A stretch of 64,000 nucleotides of DNA from Chlamydiales bacterium. Its GTDB lineage: Bacteria; Chlamydiota; Chlamydiia; Chlamydiales; JACKPQ01. The notes beneath the pieces are model-generated. The model ran no database searches. It worked only from the letters and a program-made list of their open reading frames with translations, and was not told where the DNA came from. Location of the stretch: contig JACKPP010000002.1 in NCBI GenBank assembly GCA_024233455.1, forward strand, positions 98,825-162,824, in the 5' to 3' direction. The number at the start of each line of letters is the position of its first letter. The stretch's first letter is position 1. This document shows positions 53,588-62,680 of the stretch, piece by piece. Both the position numbers and the translations under genes were made by a program.

Positions 53588-54489
53588 GCACTCTTTTTGA
53601 GCCATTAAAAAAACAAAGCCATAGCAAGCGTGTGGGTTTAAAGCCCAATCTTTCATTTTGGCAAGATGTGTGGCGTAGACTTAAAAAAAACCGGATGGCC
53701 CTTGTTGGTCTCAGCATCTTAACCTTTATGGTCATCATGGCAATAGTTGGGCCCTATTTAAGCCGCTATGCATACTATGAAATACACTTGCCGTCTAAAA
53801 ATACACCTCCTTGCCGCACGTTTTGGTTTGGAACCGACGATTTAGGGCGTGACATGTTCACGCGGATCTGGTGGGGCGCGCGCATTTCGCTACTTGTGGG
53901 AGTGACTGCTGCACTTATCGATATGATCATTGGAGTTATATACGGGTCTTGTGCCGCTTATTTTGGTGGTCGCGTTGACGAAATTATGATGCGTATTTCC
54001 GATGTTCTTTATGCTGTGCCAAGTCTTTTGATCACTATTTTACTCATTGTAGTGATGGGGCCTGGACTCGCTACAATTATCATCGCCATGACCGTTGCAG
54101 GCTGGATCACAATGGCCCGAATTGTACGCACCCAAATCCACCAGATCAAACAAATGGACTACGTTTTGGCTGCTAAAACCATGGGAGCGAGTCCTAGACG
54201 GATTATTTGGCGGTATCTCATTCCTAACACCATGGGATCTATTGTCACAACTGTAACCCTGACGATCCCGGCAGCTATCTTTACCGAAGCCTTTCTTAGT
54301 TTTCTGGGCTTAGGCATTCAGGCACCTATTGCCAGTTGGGGAACAATGGCCAGCGATGGCTTATCGGCGATGCGCTACTATCCCTGGAGGCTATTTTTTC
54401 CTGCAGGCTTCATCAGTGTCTCCATGCTGGCATTCAACATGCTAGGAGATGGTCTTAGAGATGCTTTAGACCCCAGGCTTAGAAAATGA
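53584..54489 (+). CDS. oppC: oligopeptide/dipeptide ABC transporter permease
   Basis: OppC/DppC pattern: FWFGTDDLGRDMFTRIWWGARISL, AAKTMGAS..RIIWRYLIPN. It overlaps oppB by 4 nt. Confidence 0.85.
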   Translation: MSTLFEPLKKQSHSKRVGLKPNLSFWQDVWRRLKKNRMALVGLSILTFMVIMAIVGPYLSRYAYYEIHLPSKNTPPCRTFWFGTDDLGRDMFTRIWWGARISLLVGVTAALIDMIIGVIYGSCAAYFGGRVDEIMMRISDVLYAVPSLLITILLIVVMGPGLATIIIAMTVAGWITMARIVRTQIHQIKQMDYVLAAKTMGASPRRIIWRYLIPNTMGSIVTTVTLTIPAAIFTEAFLSFLGLGIQAPIASWGTMASDGLSAMRYYPWRLFFPAGFISVSMLAFNMLGDGLRDALDPRLRK

Positions 54490-55511
54490 CCCTTTTACAA
54501 GTGCGTAATCTACACGTGTCCTATAAAACCTATGCTAAAACCATCTACGCTACAAGAGGAGTTAGCTTTGATCTAAACCAGGGAGAGGTGCTGGGAATCG
54601 TAGGTGAATCAGGTTGTGGCAAAAGCGCTATGGCCAAAGCTCTCATGCGTCTGCTTCCTCTTGAAAATGCCTCTATTGATGAGGGCGAAGTTATTTTTGA
54701 AAAACAAGATCTATTAAAACTCTCCGAAAAACAGATGCGCAAGATTCGCGGCAATGATATCGGTATAATATTCCAAGATCCCCTCTCGTCCTTAAATCCA
54801 ACTATGCGCATCGGCGATCAAATTGCCGAATCGTTAAAACTGCACCGGCCAAAATGTAGCCGAGCAGAACTAAAAAGGCACATCATCGACCTATTAGAGC
54901 GCATTGGCATTACCGATGCGGCAATGCGTCTGCGGCAATATCCCCATGAGCTAAGTGGAGGGCAGCGCCAACGCGTCATGATCGCAATTGCTCTTGCCTG
55001 CAATCCAAAACTACTTATTGCCGATGAGCCTACTACCGCGCTTGATGTAACTATCCAAGCCCAAATCCTAGAGCAACTCAAAGCCTTAAGAGAACAAACA
55101 AGCATTATTTTGATCACTCACGACTTATCTATTGTCGCCGGATTTTGCGATCGCGTTTTGGTGATGTACGCTGGAGAAATTGTAGAAGAAGCTACCTGTG
55201 AGGAACTCTTTAAGCATCCTAAGCACCCTTATACGCGCAGGCTACTTCAATCCATTCCAAGACCGGATCTAAAACTAGAGCATCGATTAAAAGCTATTCC
55301 AGGACATCCACCTAGTCTTACAAAAATTAAAAACCGCTGCAATTTCTGCCCAAGGTGCAAAAAAGCCATGAATATCTGTGCTCTTATGCAACCGCCCGTA
55401 TTTGAAATCGCCGATAATCACTTTGCAGCTTGTTGGCTGTACGATGAGAGGAACACCCATGCCCCTGTTAAAGATCAACCAGCTGAAAAAGTACTTTCAG
55501 CTCAAAAATAA
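54486..55511 (+). CDS. oppD: oligopeptide/dipeptide ABC transporter ATP-binding protein
   Basis: Walker A GESGCGKS, signature LSGGQRQR, Walker [13 protein letters not shown], and a C-terminal oligo_HPY region ([16 protein letters not shown]). It overlaps oppC by 4 nt. Confidence 0.9.
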   Translation: MTLLQVRNLHVSYKTYAKTIYATRGVSFDLNQGEVLGIVGESGCGKSAMAKALMRLLPLENASIDEGEVIFEKQDLLKLSEKQMRKIRGNDIGIIFQDPLSSLNPTMRIGDQIAESLKLHRPKCSRAELKRHIIDLLERIGITDAAMRLRQYPHELSGGQRQRVMIAIALACNPKLLIADEPTTALDVTIQAQILEQLKALREQTSIILITHDLSIVAGFCDRVLVMYAGEIVEEATCEELFKHPKHPYTRRLLQSIPRPDLKLEHRLKAIPGHPPSLTKIKNRCNFCPRCKKAMNICALMQPPVFEIADNHFAACWLYDERNTHAPVKDQPAEKVLSAQK

Positions 55512-56391
55512 GACGCTTAAAGCCGTTGATGATGTGACGTTTTCCATTGCCGAAGGTGAAACCTTAGGCCTTGTCGGGGAATCGGGTTGTGGAAAATCCA
55601 CGCTCGGTAGGGCTATCATGCGCATTGTAGAGCCAACAGCTGGAGACATCGAATTTCAAGATGAGCCCATCTGCTCGGCCAAACCGCGCGAAATCCAAAT
55701 GATATTTCAAGACCCCTATGCCTCACTCAACCCTCGGATGACCGCTGGGGAAATTATCGAAGAACCCCTGATCTTGCAAACGTCAGACTCTAAAGCCAAA
55801 CGACAAAAACGCATCTTTGAGCTGCTCGATATCGTGGGGCTCGATCCCGAACACGCCATGCGTTTTCCACATGAATTTTCAGGTGGCCAGCGCCAGCGTA
55901 TCGGTATTGCCCGGGCCCTTGCTCTCAATCCTAAATTCATCGTCTGCGATGAACCCATCGCGGCGTTAGACGTTTCCATACAAGCCCAAATTGTCAACCT
56001 ACTTAAAAAACTGCAGCAGCAACTTCATCTGACCTATCTATTTATTTCCCACGATCTATCCATGGTCCGCTACCTTTGCGACCGCGTTGCCGTCATGTAC
56101 CTGGGCCGACTAGCAGAGCTTGCTCCTGCTGAAGAGCTCTTTAATCACCCCTTGCACCCTTATACTCAAGCTCTACTTTCAGCCATTCCCATCCCTGATC
56201 CTACGATCGAAAAAAACCGTCATCGCATCGTACTACCGGGAGAAGTCCCATCGCTAACCGAGCAGCTTCCCGGATGTCCCTTCGCAAGCCGCTGTCCCAA
56301 GGCCATGGCTCACTGTCACACCATCCGCCCCAGGTGGCATGAAATTAAACCCCACCACTTCATCGCCTGCCACTTATTTGAAACAATTTGA
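55459..56391 (+). CDS. oppF: oligopeptide/dipeptide ABC transporter ATP-binding protein
   Basis: Walker [48 protein letters not shown]. The preferred start is ATG 55459 ([13 protein letters not shown]), preceded by GAGAGGAA; it overlaps the oppD 3' end. Confidence 0.9.
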   Translation: MPLLKINQLKKYFQLKNKTLKAVDDVTFSIAEGETLGLVGESGCGKSTLGRAIMRIVEPTAGDIEFQDEPICSAKPREIQMIFQDPYASLNPRMTAGEIIEEPLILQTSDSKAKRQKRIFELLDIVGLDPEHAMRFPHEFSGGQRQRIGIARALALNPKFIVCDEPIAALDVSIQAQIVNLLKKLQQQLHLTYLFISHDLSMVRYLCDRVAVMYLGRLAELAPAEELFNHPLHPYTQALLSAIPIPDPTIEKNRHRIVLPGEVPSLTEQLPGCPFASRCPKAMAHCHTIRPRWHEIKPHHFIACHLFETI

Positions 56392-56423
56392 CTATTTCAT
56401 TCCATCAGGCTAACGTGTCTTGT

Positions 56424-56993
56424 ATGTATAGTAACTTGGCACTTACTGCGATAATGCGTAATATGCAATCTACACAGAGTTCAGTAGCCCCAATTCAAAG
56501 CTCATCAGCGCACATCTCGATGGATCATAAAAAAGATGCACTGCCCGGTGAAAAGCTTTACAGGTTAGTGGAAGAATCGGCAATGAGCCTAGATCTTAAC
56601 CAACAGCATAACCTCAATAAGCAAATAATGGAGATGCTAGACTCCCATACAAACGTCTTTTGGCAGGATGAGTGTGAAATGACTGCCTTACACATTGCGA
56701 TCAGTTGGGAGTGCCTAGATTTGGTAAAAATATTAATGCCCTACTACAAAGAAAATATCGACATAGAAGCTGAAGGTCATACACCACTATATTTTGCAAT
56801 CAGCGATTATCATTCCAATCCAGAAATATATTTCCAAATCATTGAACTGTTGCTTCAAAATGGCGCCGACCCTTATTACCAAAGCCGTTCATGGGTGGAA
56901 ATGCCCATCACACTTGCTCAATCCTACCCTAAGCTTATTAAACTCATCTCATCAAGTGCTGGATGCATAAAAAAAATCAATGACTACGTTTAA
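56424..56993 (+). CDS. small ankyrin-repeat protein
   Basis: MTALHIAISWECLDLVKILMPYY and GHTPLYFAIS....IIELLLQNGADP are ANK-like units. The track start at 56388 is TTG overlapping the oppF stop. The first ATG is 56424; later ATGs at 56454 and 56463 are possible. Confidence 0.6.
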   Translation: MYSNLALTAIMRNMQSTQSSVAPIQSSSAHISMDHKKDALPGEKLYRLVEESAMSLDLNQQHNLNKQIMEMLDSHTNVFWQDECEMTALHIAISWECLDLVKILMPYYKENIDIEAEGHTPLYFAISDYHSNPEIYFQIIELLLQNGADPYYQSRSWVEMPITLAQSYPKLIKLISSSAGCIKKINDYV

Positions 56994-57507
56994 AACTAAG
57001 CGCCTCCTTCTACGATCTTGGACGCCAGAAGATCTTAAACCCTTTGCTGCACTCAACGCTGATCCCAGAGTCATGGAATTCTTTCCCAAAACCTTAACGC
57101 GCTCTGAAAGTGACGACCTAGCCCGCAAAATCCAAATTGAAATCGATGAAAAAGGTTTTGGTTTATGGGCCGTCCAAATTTCCAATATTTGCCCATTTAT
57201 TGGTTTTGTAGGCCTACATTCCGTTGACTTTATGCCGGGAATAGAAATCGGCTGGAGACTCTCGTATGAACATTGGGGCAAGGGCTACGCCTTTGAAGCC
57301 GCAACAGAGGTTGTCAGATTTGCCTTTGAAGATTTGCAACTACCCGAACTCATTTCCTTCACCTACAAAGGCAACTATCGATCAAGAGGCCTCATGGAAA
57401 AACTTGGAATGACTCGCAATCCCCAAGATGACTTTTTGAACCCCAAACTACCGGTGAACCATTTTTTACGACCACATGTCCTCTACAGACTCAGCTCCGA
57501 TCCTTAG
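56980..57507 (+). CDS. GNAT-family N-acetyltransferase (RimJ/RimL-like, Acetyltransf_3 type)
   Basis: KRLLLRSWTPEDLKPFAALNADPRVMEFFP and the acetyl-CoA-binding region WGKGYAFEA. It overlaps the previous gene by 14 nt. Confidence 0.82.
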   Translation: MTTFKTKRLLLRSWTPEDLKPFAALNADPRVMEFFPKTLTRSESDDLARKIQIEIDEKGFGLWAVQISNICPFIGFVGLHSVDFMPGIEIGWRLSYEHWGKGYAFEAATEVVRFAFEDLQLPELISFTYKGNYRSRGLMEKLGMTRNPQDDFLNPKLPVNHFLRPHVLYRLSSDP

Positions 57508-58462
57508 TATTTCTTTGATAGTGTTGGATTACACGTTGGACCCATAGTTCAAGCTCATCGCGATACACTGCATCTTCTCTATTTAAGGTGAGCTCCTGCA
57601 TTTCACTCATCAAGCTTTCAATTTCTTTCCACCCAAGTAAAATAGCCATATTTTCCGTATCTTTTCTTCTAACCGATGTCCTCAGCTCCGACTCTTTTTC
57701 AAACAGCTCATCGACTAAATCGTAAAAAATAAATGCGTCGTCACTAGCCAAGTTTAGCGGGGCTTGTAAATTGGCAAAAAGTAAAGTGCCGGATCCTACT
57801 AACACAGCAAGTGAGGTCATCCCCATTACCTTGCCCATGATCTTGCTCCAGACAGATGATTTAAGGATAGGATACAAACTATAGCCCAAAACAAGCCCAG
57901 AAAAAAGCCCTCCAAGATGTGCTGCATTATCCACACCTGGCTCAAAGCCAAAAATAATGTTGTAGCCCACAAAGGTCAGCGCTACTCTCAAAAGTGGGCC
58001 ACGTTGGCCAAGAGGTATCAGACGCGTTGTTAATATCGCAATATAGACCCCATAAAGGCCAAAGATAGCTCCCGAAGCACCTGCCGATACGATATCCTCA
58101 TGTCTGTACCACCATAGGCTAGCTAAACTGGCACAGGTGCCAGTCAACAGATAGGCCATGGCAAATTGACCCCGACCTAAGTATTTTTCTAAAATGATGC
58201 CAATATTGTAGAGAATGAACATGTTCATTGCCAGGTGCATCAGTCCAAAATGCACAAACTGGCTGGAAATCATCCGCCACCACTGCCCCTCTAATAGGTG
58301 TAGGGCATAGCTGCCTCCCCAACGCAAAACATCTTCTGACCCTGGCTCTAAAGGATCACTTCCCTGCCACAACATCCCCCCATGAACTAGAAGGTTGATA
58401 ACGATCAATATCACTGTCATCAAGCCTGGGCGATAATAAGCGGCAATAGTTCTGATTGTCAT
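57491..58462 (-). CDS. rhomboid-family intramembrane serine protease with C-terminal extension
   Basis: WWRMISSQFVHFGLMHLAMNMFILY (HxxxN), GASGAIFGLYG (GxSG catalytic Ser), AHLGGLFSGL (catalytic His). Its 3' end overlaps the GNAT gene by 17 nt (convergent). Confidence 0.85.
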   Translation of the reverse strand: MTIRTIAAYYRPGLMTVILIVINLLVHGGMLWQGSDPLEPGSEDVLRWGGSYALHLLEGQWWRMISSQFVHFGLMHLAMNMFILYNIGIILEKYLGRGQFAMAYLLTGTCASLASLWWYRHEDIVSAGASGAIFGLYGVYIAILTTRLIPLGQRGPLLRVALTFVGYNIIFGFEPGVDNAAHLGGLFSGLVLGYSLYPILKSSVWSKIMGKVMGMTSLAVLVGSGTLLFANLQAPLNLASDDAFIFYDLVDELFEKESELRTSVRRKDTENMAILLGWKEIESLMSEMQELTLNREDAVYRDELELWVQRVIQHYQRNTKDRS

Positions 58463-58625
58463 ATTGAAGTTATAGGGTATTTGTTAAATTTAGGCTATTA
58501 GCGGAATAGAAATAATTGCAGTTTATTGATTATTAATTACTTGCATCTGTAATATATGATATAAATTGACTATAATTTAATTATAGTATATTGTTTATTT
58601 TAAATAATTAATAAATTGCAATATT

Positions 58626-59942
58626 ATGGCAATAAATCAAAAATATTACGATAAGTGGGCTCTGGCTGGAGCAAGTCAGAATTGGATGGTTGAGGATCCC
58701 TATGGGGCAAAAGCCCTCATAGATTCACGCCTAATCTATTCAATTATGGGATTTGATGCCAATGGACAAAGCTGTGGTTTGCAGTTTGATCGCAAAACCA
58801 AAAGCATTCAAGTGAAAAAAGAGGGGGTGTTTGTCAATGCCAGAGATCTACAAATGCACTGGTCTTCTGACTTTGATCAACCGATTGATGCTAAGAATAG
58901 GCCCTGGCTTTACCTTCCTGAAGGCGGTCTGCGACCGATTAATCGCATGGATAATTCGGATCTAATACCGGTAATGAAAATTCATCCATCTATGAAAGAG
59001 GGTATCTTGGCGCTTTCTTGCAAGGTGGAAAAGCAAGCTGACTGTGTACTACAAATCGTGTCACATCCAAGAGAAGTCTTACCAGAACACACCCATTGGC
59101 TATTGGCCAATTTCCGTCGCCACATTCCCATAGATCAACACGTTACCATACGCATTATAGACAAAGAAGGCCAGGTCTATTCGACAGGATTTGATTACAC
59201 CTATTTGGAAGAAAAAAACAATAAAAATGGCCAGATATTGTGTAGCGTAAATGGTAAGCCCAGCACTCTAGATTTTGAAGAATTCCGCCAACACCAAGGC
59301 CGCATCACCACAAGTTATGGCATTTCTGATGAACAATGCCAAACAATTCTCGATGATCTACAAAATTATCGTAAAAAGGGTGTGCGCTACAATGTCTTAA
59401 AACAAAACTGCAATACAATCCCGGTAAGTTTTTTAAATAGATTAGGTATTCAGGATGAAAACCACAAAATCGATATTTCCACAGATCTAAAAGGAGCTAT
59501 ATTTGATTCCCTCCCTACAATCCCCCTTATAAGCAAGCCTACAAGAAGCCTGGTCGGCCAAATTAAGCTCATTTTTAACGCATCTCCCAAATGCATCCAA
59601 GTTATCATAAGGATTGCCAAAGAGGTCTTGTTATTTTTCCCCAATATCATCCTCAACGTCATTATTAACTTATGTCTATTACTTCTGGGTTCCTGCCGAG
59701 GATCTCCGTTGGAAGACTCACTCATTAGTGAAGATGAGCAGCTAGAGTTTTTTGAAACTTTGGGATTTAGCCTGCTCAGTAATCGCAACTTTACATTTGA
59801 TAGCCCCTGTAAATTTGTAGAGTTCCAATTAAGACAAAAGCATACGATAGTTGAAAAATACGACTCCCCTATTTTTGGCCTTGCTCCCCGCGATAATGCC
59901 GAGCTTCACCAACGCCTGCAAGACATCTATCTAGGCGCTTAA
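58626..59942 (+). CDS. hypothetical protein with PPPDE/DeSI-like (permuted papain, His-Cys) core and C-terminal hydrophobic anchor
   Basis: Residues ~172-275, HVTIRIIDKEGQVYSTGFDY...TSYGISDEQCQTILDDLQNYRKKGVRYNVLKQNCNTIPVSFLNRLGI, resemble the PPPDE pattern H..I.v.g.EysfG ... T.....i..i...l.....Y.l...NCNhF...l...L. The hydrophobic segment is VLLFFPNIILNVIINLCLLLLG. A 163-bp very AT-rich leader contains TTGACT(58566)-N17-TATTGT. Confidence 0.45.
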   Translation: MAINQKYYDKWALAGASQNWMVEDPYGAKALIDSRLIYSIMGFDANGQSCGLQFDRKTKSIQVKKEGVFVNARDLQMHWSSDFDQPIDAKNRPWLYLPEGGLRPINRMDNSDLIPVMKIHPSMKEGILALSCKVEKQADCVLQIVSHPREVLPEHTHWLLANFRRHIPIDQHVTIRIIDKEGQVYSTGFDYTYLEEKNNKNGQILCSVNGKPSTLDFEEFRQHQGRITTSYGISDEQCQTILDDLQNYRKKGVRYNVLKQNCNTIPVSFLNRLGIQDENHKIDISTDLKGAIFDSLPTIPLISKPTRSLVGQIKLIFNASPKCIQVIIRIAKEVLLFFPNIILNVIINLCLLLLGSCRGSPLEDSLISEDEQLEFFETLGFSLLSNRNFTFDSPCKFVEFQLRQKHTIVEKYDSPIFGLAPRDNAELHQRLQDIYLGA

Positions 59943-59972
59943 AATACTAACCAACCGCTGCTAAACAGACAC

Positions 59973-60722
59973 TTATAGAGATGTGTTTAAGTCCTGTATT
60001 TTTTTCTCGATGAAAGGTATTTTAGAAGGGTCGATTTTAGCTACATATGACAGCATCCTTGTATAGAAATGCCGGGCTTTAGCATGCTGTCCTTGCAAGG
60101 TATATATTTCTGCCAGATCCAGGGTACACTCTAAAGCTATTGGGGTTATGATGCCGGTTGTCCGGTGAAGAGTTTTAAGACCTCTATTCCTCGATTCTTC
60201 TATGAATTTAAGTCCGATATCATCTGCTAATTTGATACACCTTTGACCTATTTGACATTCTAGCTCAGCAATTTTCCCTGCAAAATCTTCTCCTTTCTCT
60301 CTGTAATAGTCAATGACTATGGTCTGTACATTGATACCTTTAGGGCACTGAGCATATCTTTCATAGGTTTTTCCGAGCAGTAGTAATCGGTCCATCACTT
60401 CAGACATCGTCCCCGTCTCTAGTGCTTCGTCGATTTTTTCAATGTTACTTTGGAGATCATCGGAATACGCTTGAACGGTATAGTCAGCAATGGGCTCACC
60501 CTCCGATGCACACATACTAAAGAGCCAACTGGCAAGTTTGTCAAGTAAACCAGGTGGTAGCGGCGCTCCATTTTGCTCTGCATCATATTGATCTATGAAA
60601 CAGCGAAGCGGGTTTAAAAAAGACGCCTGCTGCTGGGACGGAGTCAGATTGTTGATTTTCAAAAAATAAAGCGGACATGAATCCATGCCCGCTGGATATG
60701 TTACCGGTGCTGTAAGTGCCAT
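59973..60722 (-). CDS. hypothetical protein with TPR-like C-terminal helices
   Basis: ATG-initiated. Its start shares one base with the stop of the upstream lipoprotein gene (TAATG). The C-terminal ..LDLAEIYTLQGQHAKARHFYTRMLSYV.. is TPR-like. There is no signal peptide. Confidence 0.5.
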   Translation of the reverse strand: MALTAPVTYPAGMDSCPLYFLKINNLTPSQQQASFLNPLRCFIDQYDAEQNGAPLPPGLLDKLASWLFSMCASEGEPIADYTVQAYSDDLQSNIEKIDEALETGTMSEVMDRLLLLGKTYERYAQCPKGINVQTIVIDYYREKGEDFAGKIAELECQIGQRCIKLADDIGLKFIEESRNRGLKTLHRTTGIITPIALECTLDLAEIYTLQGQHAKARHFYTRMLSYVAKIDPSKIPFIEKKIQDLNTSL

Positions 60723-61846
60723 TAAAGCCCGATTGGTATTGTCAGCAAGGGCGGCGGTGCTTTATCCAAATCGCCACTCTGTAGGTTGTAGAGCTGCATC
60801 AAAAGCGAAAAAGTACGCTTAGAATTAATATCGTAGTTGCTGATGTAATACCAGTAGTTGTTATAGCGTACTGCAACAAAAGCATTGCTTGGATACTTAG
60901 TGCTTGAATAAATACGGAATAGATCGCCAATGACGCACTTCCAATCGAAAAGTGAGCCATCCTTATTGAGAGTTTTGATTACCGCATTGCATTTATAATC
61001 TTCTTCGGGAATATCTATTCCAAGACTTAGGTAGTGCATGCAACCCAAAATGGACCTGGGCAAAATGCCGATTTCTTGCTCTTTAGTAAAGCCCACTGGT
61101 AGATTGATGTAATAGTTATCACGCTGAGTTTTGGTGCCCTCTAAAAGCGTTGCTAGGCGGTCAGCCTCAGCCGTCCCTGTCGGAAATGTCATCTGTACCG
61201 ATTGGCAACAAACAGAGGTAGAATCGTCTCCGCTCTTCCCATTGGCCTCATGCACACCAATTAACAGCTGCCCTTTACGCTGGAAATCGCTAAGCAATTT
61301 AGCCACTTCATCAAACCGCTCGTATTCTGGAGCAAGTTCTGGAGCAGGTCCAGAAGTTCCTCTAGCATTGGGGATACTATCAATATTCTGCACCGCAACT
61401 CTGAACACTCGGCCGATATTCCAACCGGAATAAATGATACGCTGAAGCATCCGTAAATTGAGCGGCTGCATCAACTGCTTAGCATAAGAGGAACCTTGAA
61501 TAGGCGAATATTGAATAGTTGGTTGGTTTTGCCATTCATAGTCTGTTCCAAGTTTGAAGGGATTTTTTTCATCAAAGCCCGGAATAGTCCATAAAGGAGC
61601 AATTTTTCCTTTTTGGCTAAATTGGGTAGTTACCCCAGAAACGTCGAGCACAAAAGGTGTATCACAGTAACGCAGGCGCACTAAATTTAAAAGCATCTGC
61701 TCGTTGCTAGTTTGTTGGATGATATTGTTGTAAGAGGTGCGTCCACCAGCTCCGCGCATCGCGTATCTGGCTGGGACGTGGCAACTTGTCATGGATAAAG
61801 CAATAAGCGTACAGCTGATGCTGGTAAAGAGCGTGCTTCCTTTCAT
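60722..61846 (-). CDS. hypothetical lipoprotein (374 aa)
   Basis: Signal peptide with lipobox, MKGSTLFTSISCTLIALSMTSC. The body is soluble. The conserved-looking C-terminal block AVRYNNYWYYISNYDINSKRTFSLLMQLYNLQ is not assignable by me. Confidence 0.6.
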   Translation of the reverse strand: MKGSTLFTSISCTLIALSMTSCHVPARYAMRGAGGRTSYNNIIQQTSNEQMLLNLVRLRYCDTPFVLDVSGVTTQFSQKGKIAPLWTIPGFDEKNPFKLGTDYEWQNQPTIQYSPIQGSSYAKQLMQPLNLRMLQRIIYSGWNIGRVFRVAVQNIDSIPNARGTSGPAPELAPEYERFDEVAKLLSDFQRKGQLLIGVHEANGKSGDDSTSVCCQSVQMTFPTGTAEADRLATLLEGTKTQRDNYYINLPVGFTKEQEIGILPRSILGCMHYLSLGIDIPEEDYKCNAVIKTLNKDGSLFDWKCVIGDLFRIYSSTKYPSNAFVAVRYNNYWYYISNYDINSKRTFSLLMQLYNLQSGDLDKAPPPLLTIPIGL

Positions 61847-61903
61847 TTCGGGTCCTATGGTTAACTGTGAAAGGAACCAGAGTAGAAAAGATTTAGATTG
61901 TTG

Positions 61904-62332
61904 TCAAGGTTTAGAAAATAAACCGATCAGTTCTGCCTTAGCTAAAATATGCCCTTCCATCGCATCGAGGAGCTTTTGCTTATTAGCATCTTCAATATCG
62001 AGGTGAGTATCCAAGGCAAAAAGTTTAAAAAAATAGCGGTGCACACCAGAGGGCGGGCAAGGACCGCCAAAATTTTTTCTTTCAAAATCGTTCATTCCCT
62101 GATCGCCTGGTATCGAATTTCTCTCAATTTTTCGACTGACCGGAATGTTGTAGACCACCCAATGCACCCAGGTTTTGCCTGGAGCGTCGGGATCATCGAC
62201 GATAAGAGCAAGAGATTGTGTGCCTGGGGGAATTTCTTCAATGACCAATTCAGGATTGATATCCTCTCCATGGCAGGTGAATTTTTTGGGAATTTCTTCC
62301 CCTGCTTTAAAATCGGGACTTGATAAGCGCAT
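61904..62332 (-). CDS. YbhB/YbcL-family phosphatidylethanolamine-binding (Raf kinase inhibitor-like) protein
   Basis: LALIVDDPDAP...WVHWVVYNIP...GGPCPPSGVHRYFFKLFALD is the PEBP signature. The start was trimmed to ATG 62332 (MRLSSPDF), sharing one base with the upstream stop (TAATG). Confidence 0.85.
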   Translation of the reverse strand: MRLSSPDFKAGEEIPKKFTCHGEDINPELVIEEIPPGTQSLALIVDDPDAPGKTWVHWVVYNIPVSRKIERNSIPGDQGMNDFERKNFGGPCPPSGVHRYFFKLFALDTHLDIEDANKQKLLDAMEGHILAKAELIGLFSKP

Positions 62333-62679
62333 TAGTATCTCTCCCAGATAAATCGGTTGGTAAGAATGCCTGTAACCCAAATAATGCCACCACCCATCAG
62401 AGCTCCCCAAATCGATGTGATGTGGATGCCGTACGCAATCTCACTTGCCAGCCAAAATGTAAAGGCATTGATCACCAGCGAAAACAATCCCAAGGTGATG
62501 ATATTGATTGGAAGCGTGAGAAAAACGAGTACCGGTCGGATAATCGAGTTTACCAGGCCTAAAATTAATCCAAAAAATAGCGTGTCCGAGAGGTCTTTAA
62601 CCTCTAGCCCTGGAATGATATGGGCACAAGCTACAATCACTCCCGTGGTAATGACAAGACGCGCTACAAAAAGCCACAT
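62332..62679 (-). CDS. small 4-TM membrane protein, DUF360/phage-holin-4-like (YvlD type)
   Basis: GLILGLVNSIIRPVLVFLTLPINIITLGLFSLVINAFTFWLAS matches the PF04020-type block as I remember it. The track start is GTG 62688; ATG 62679 lies 1 nt after the aconitase stop. Confidence 0.7.
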   Translation of the reverse strand: MWLFVARLVITTGVIVACAHIIPGLEVKDLSDTLFFGLILGLVNSIIRPVLVFLTLPINIITLGLFSLVINAFTFWLASEIAYGIHITSIWGALMGGGIIWVTGILTNRFIWERY

Positions 62680-62680
62680 A

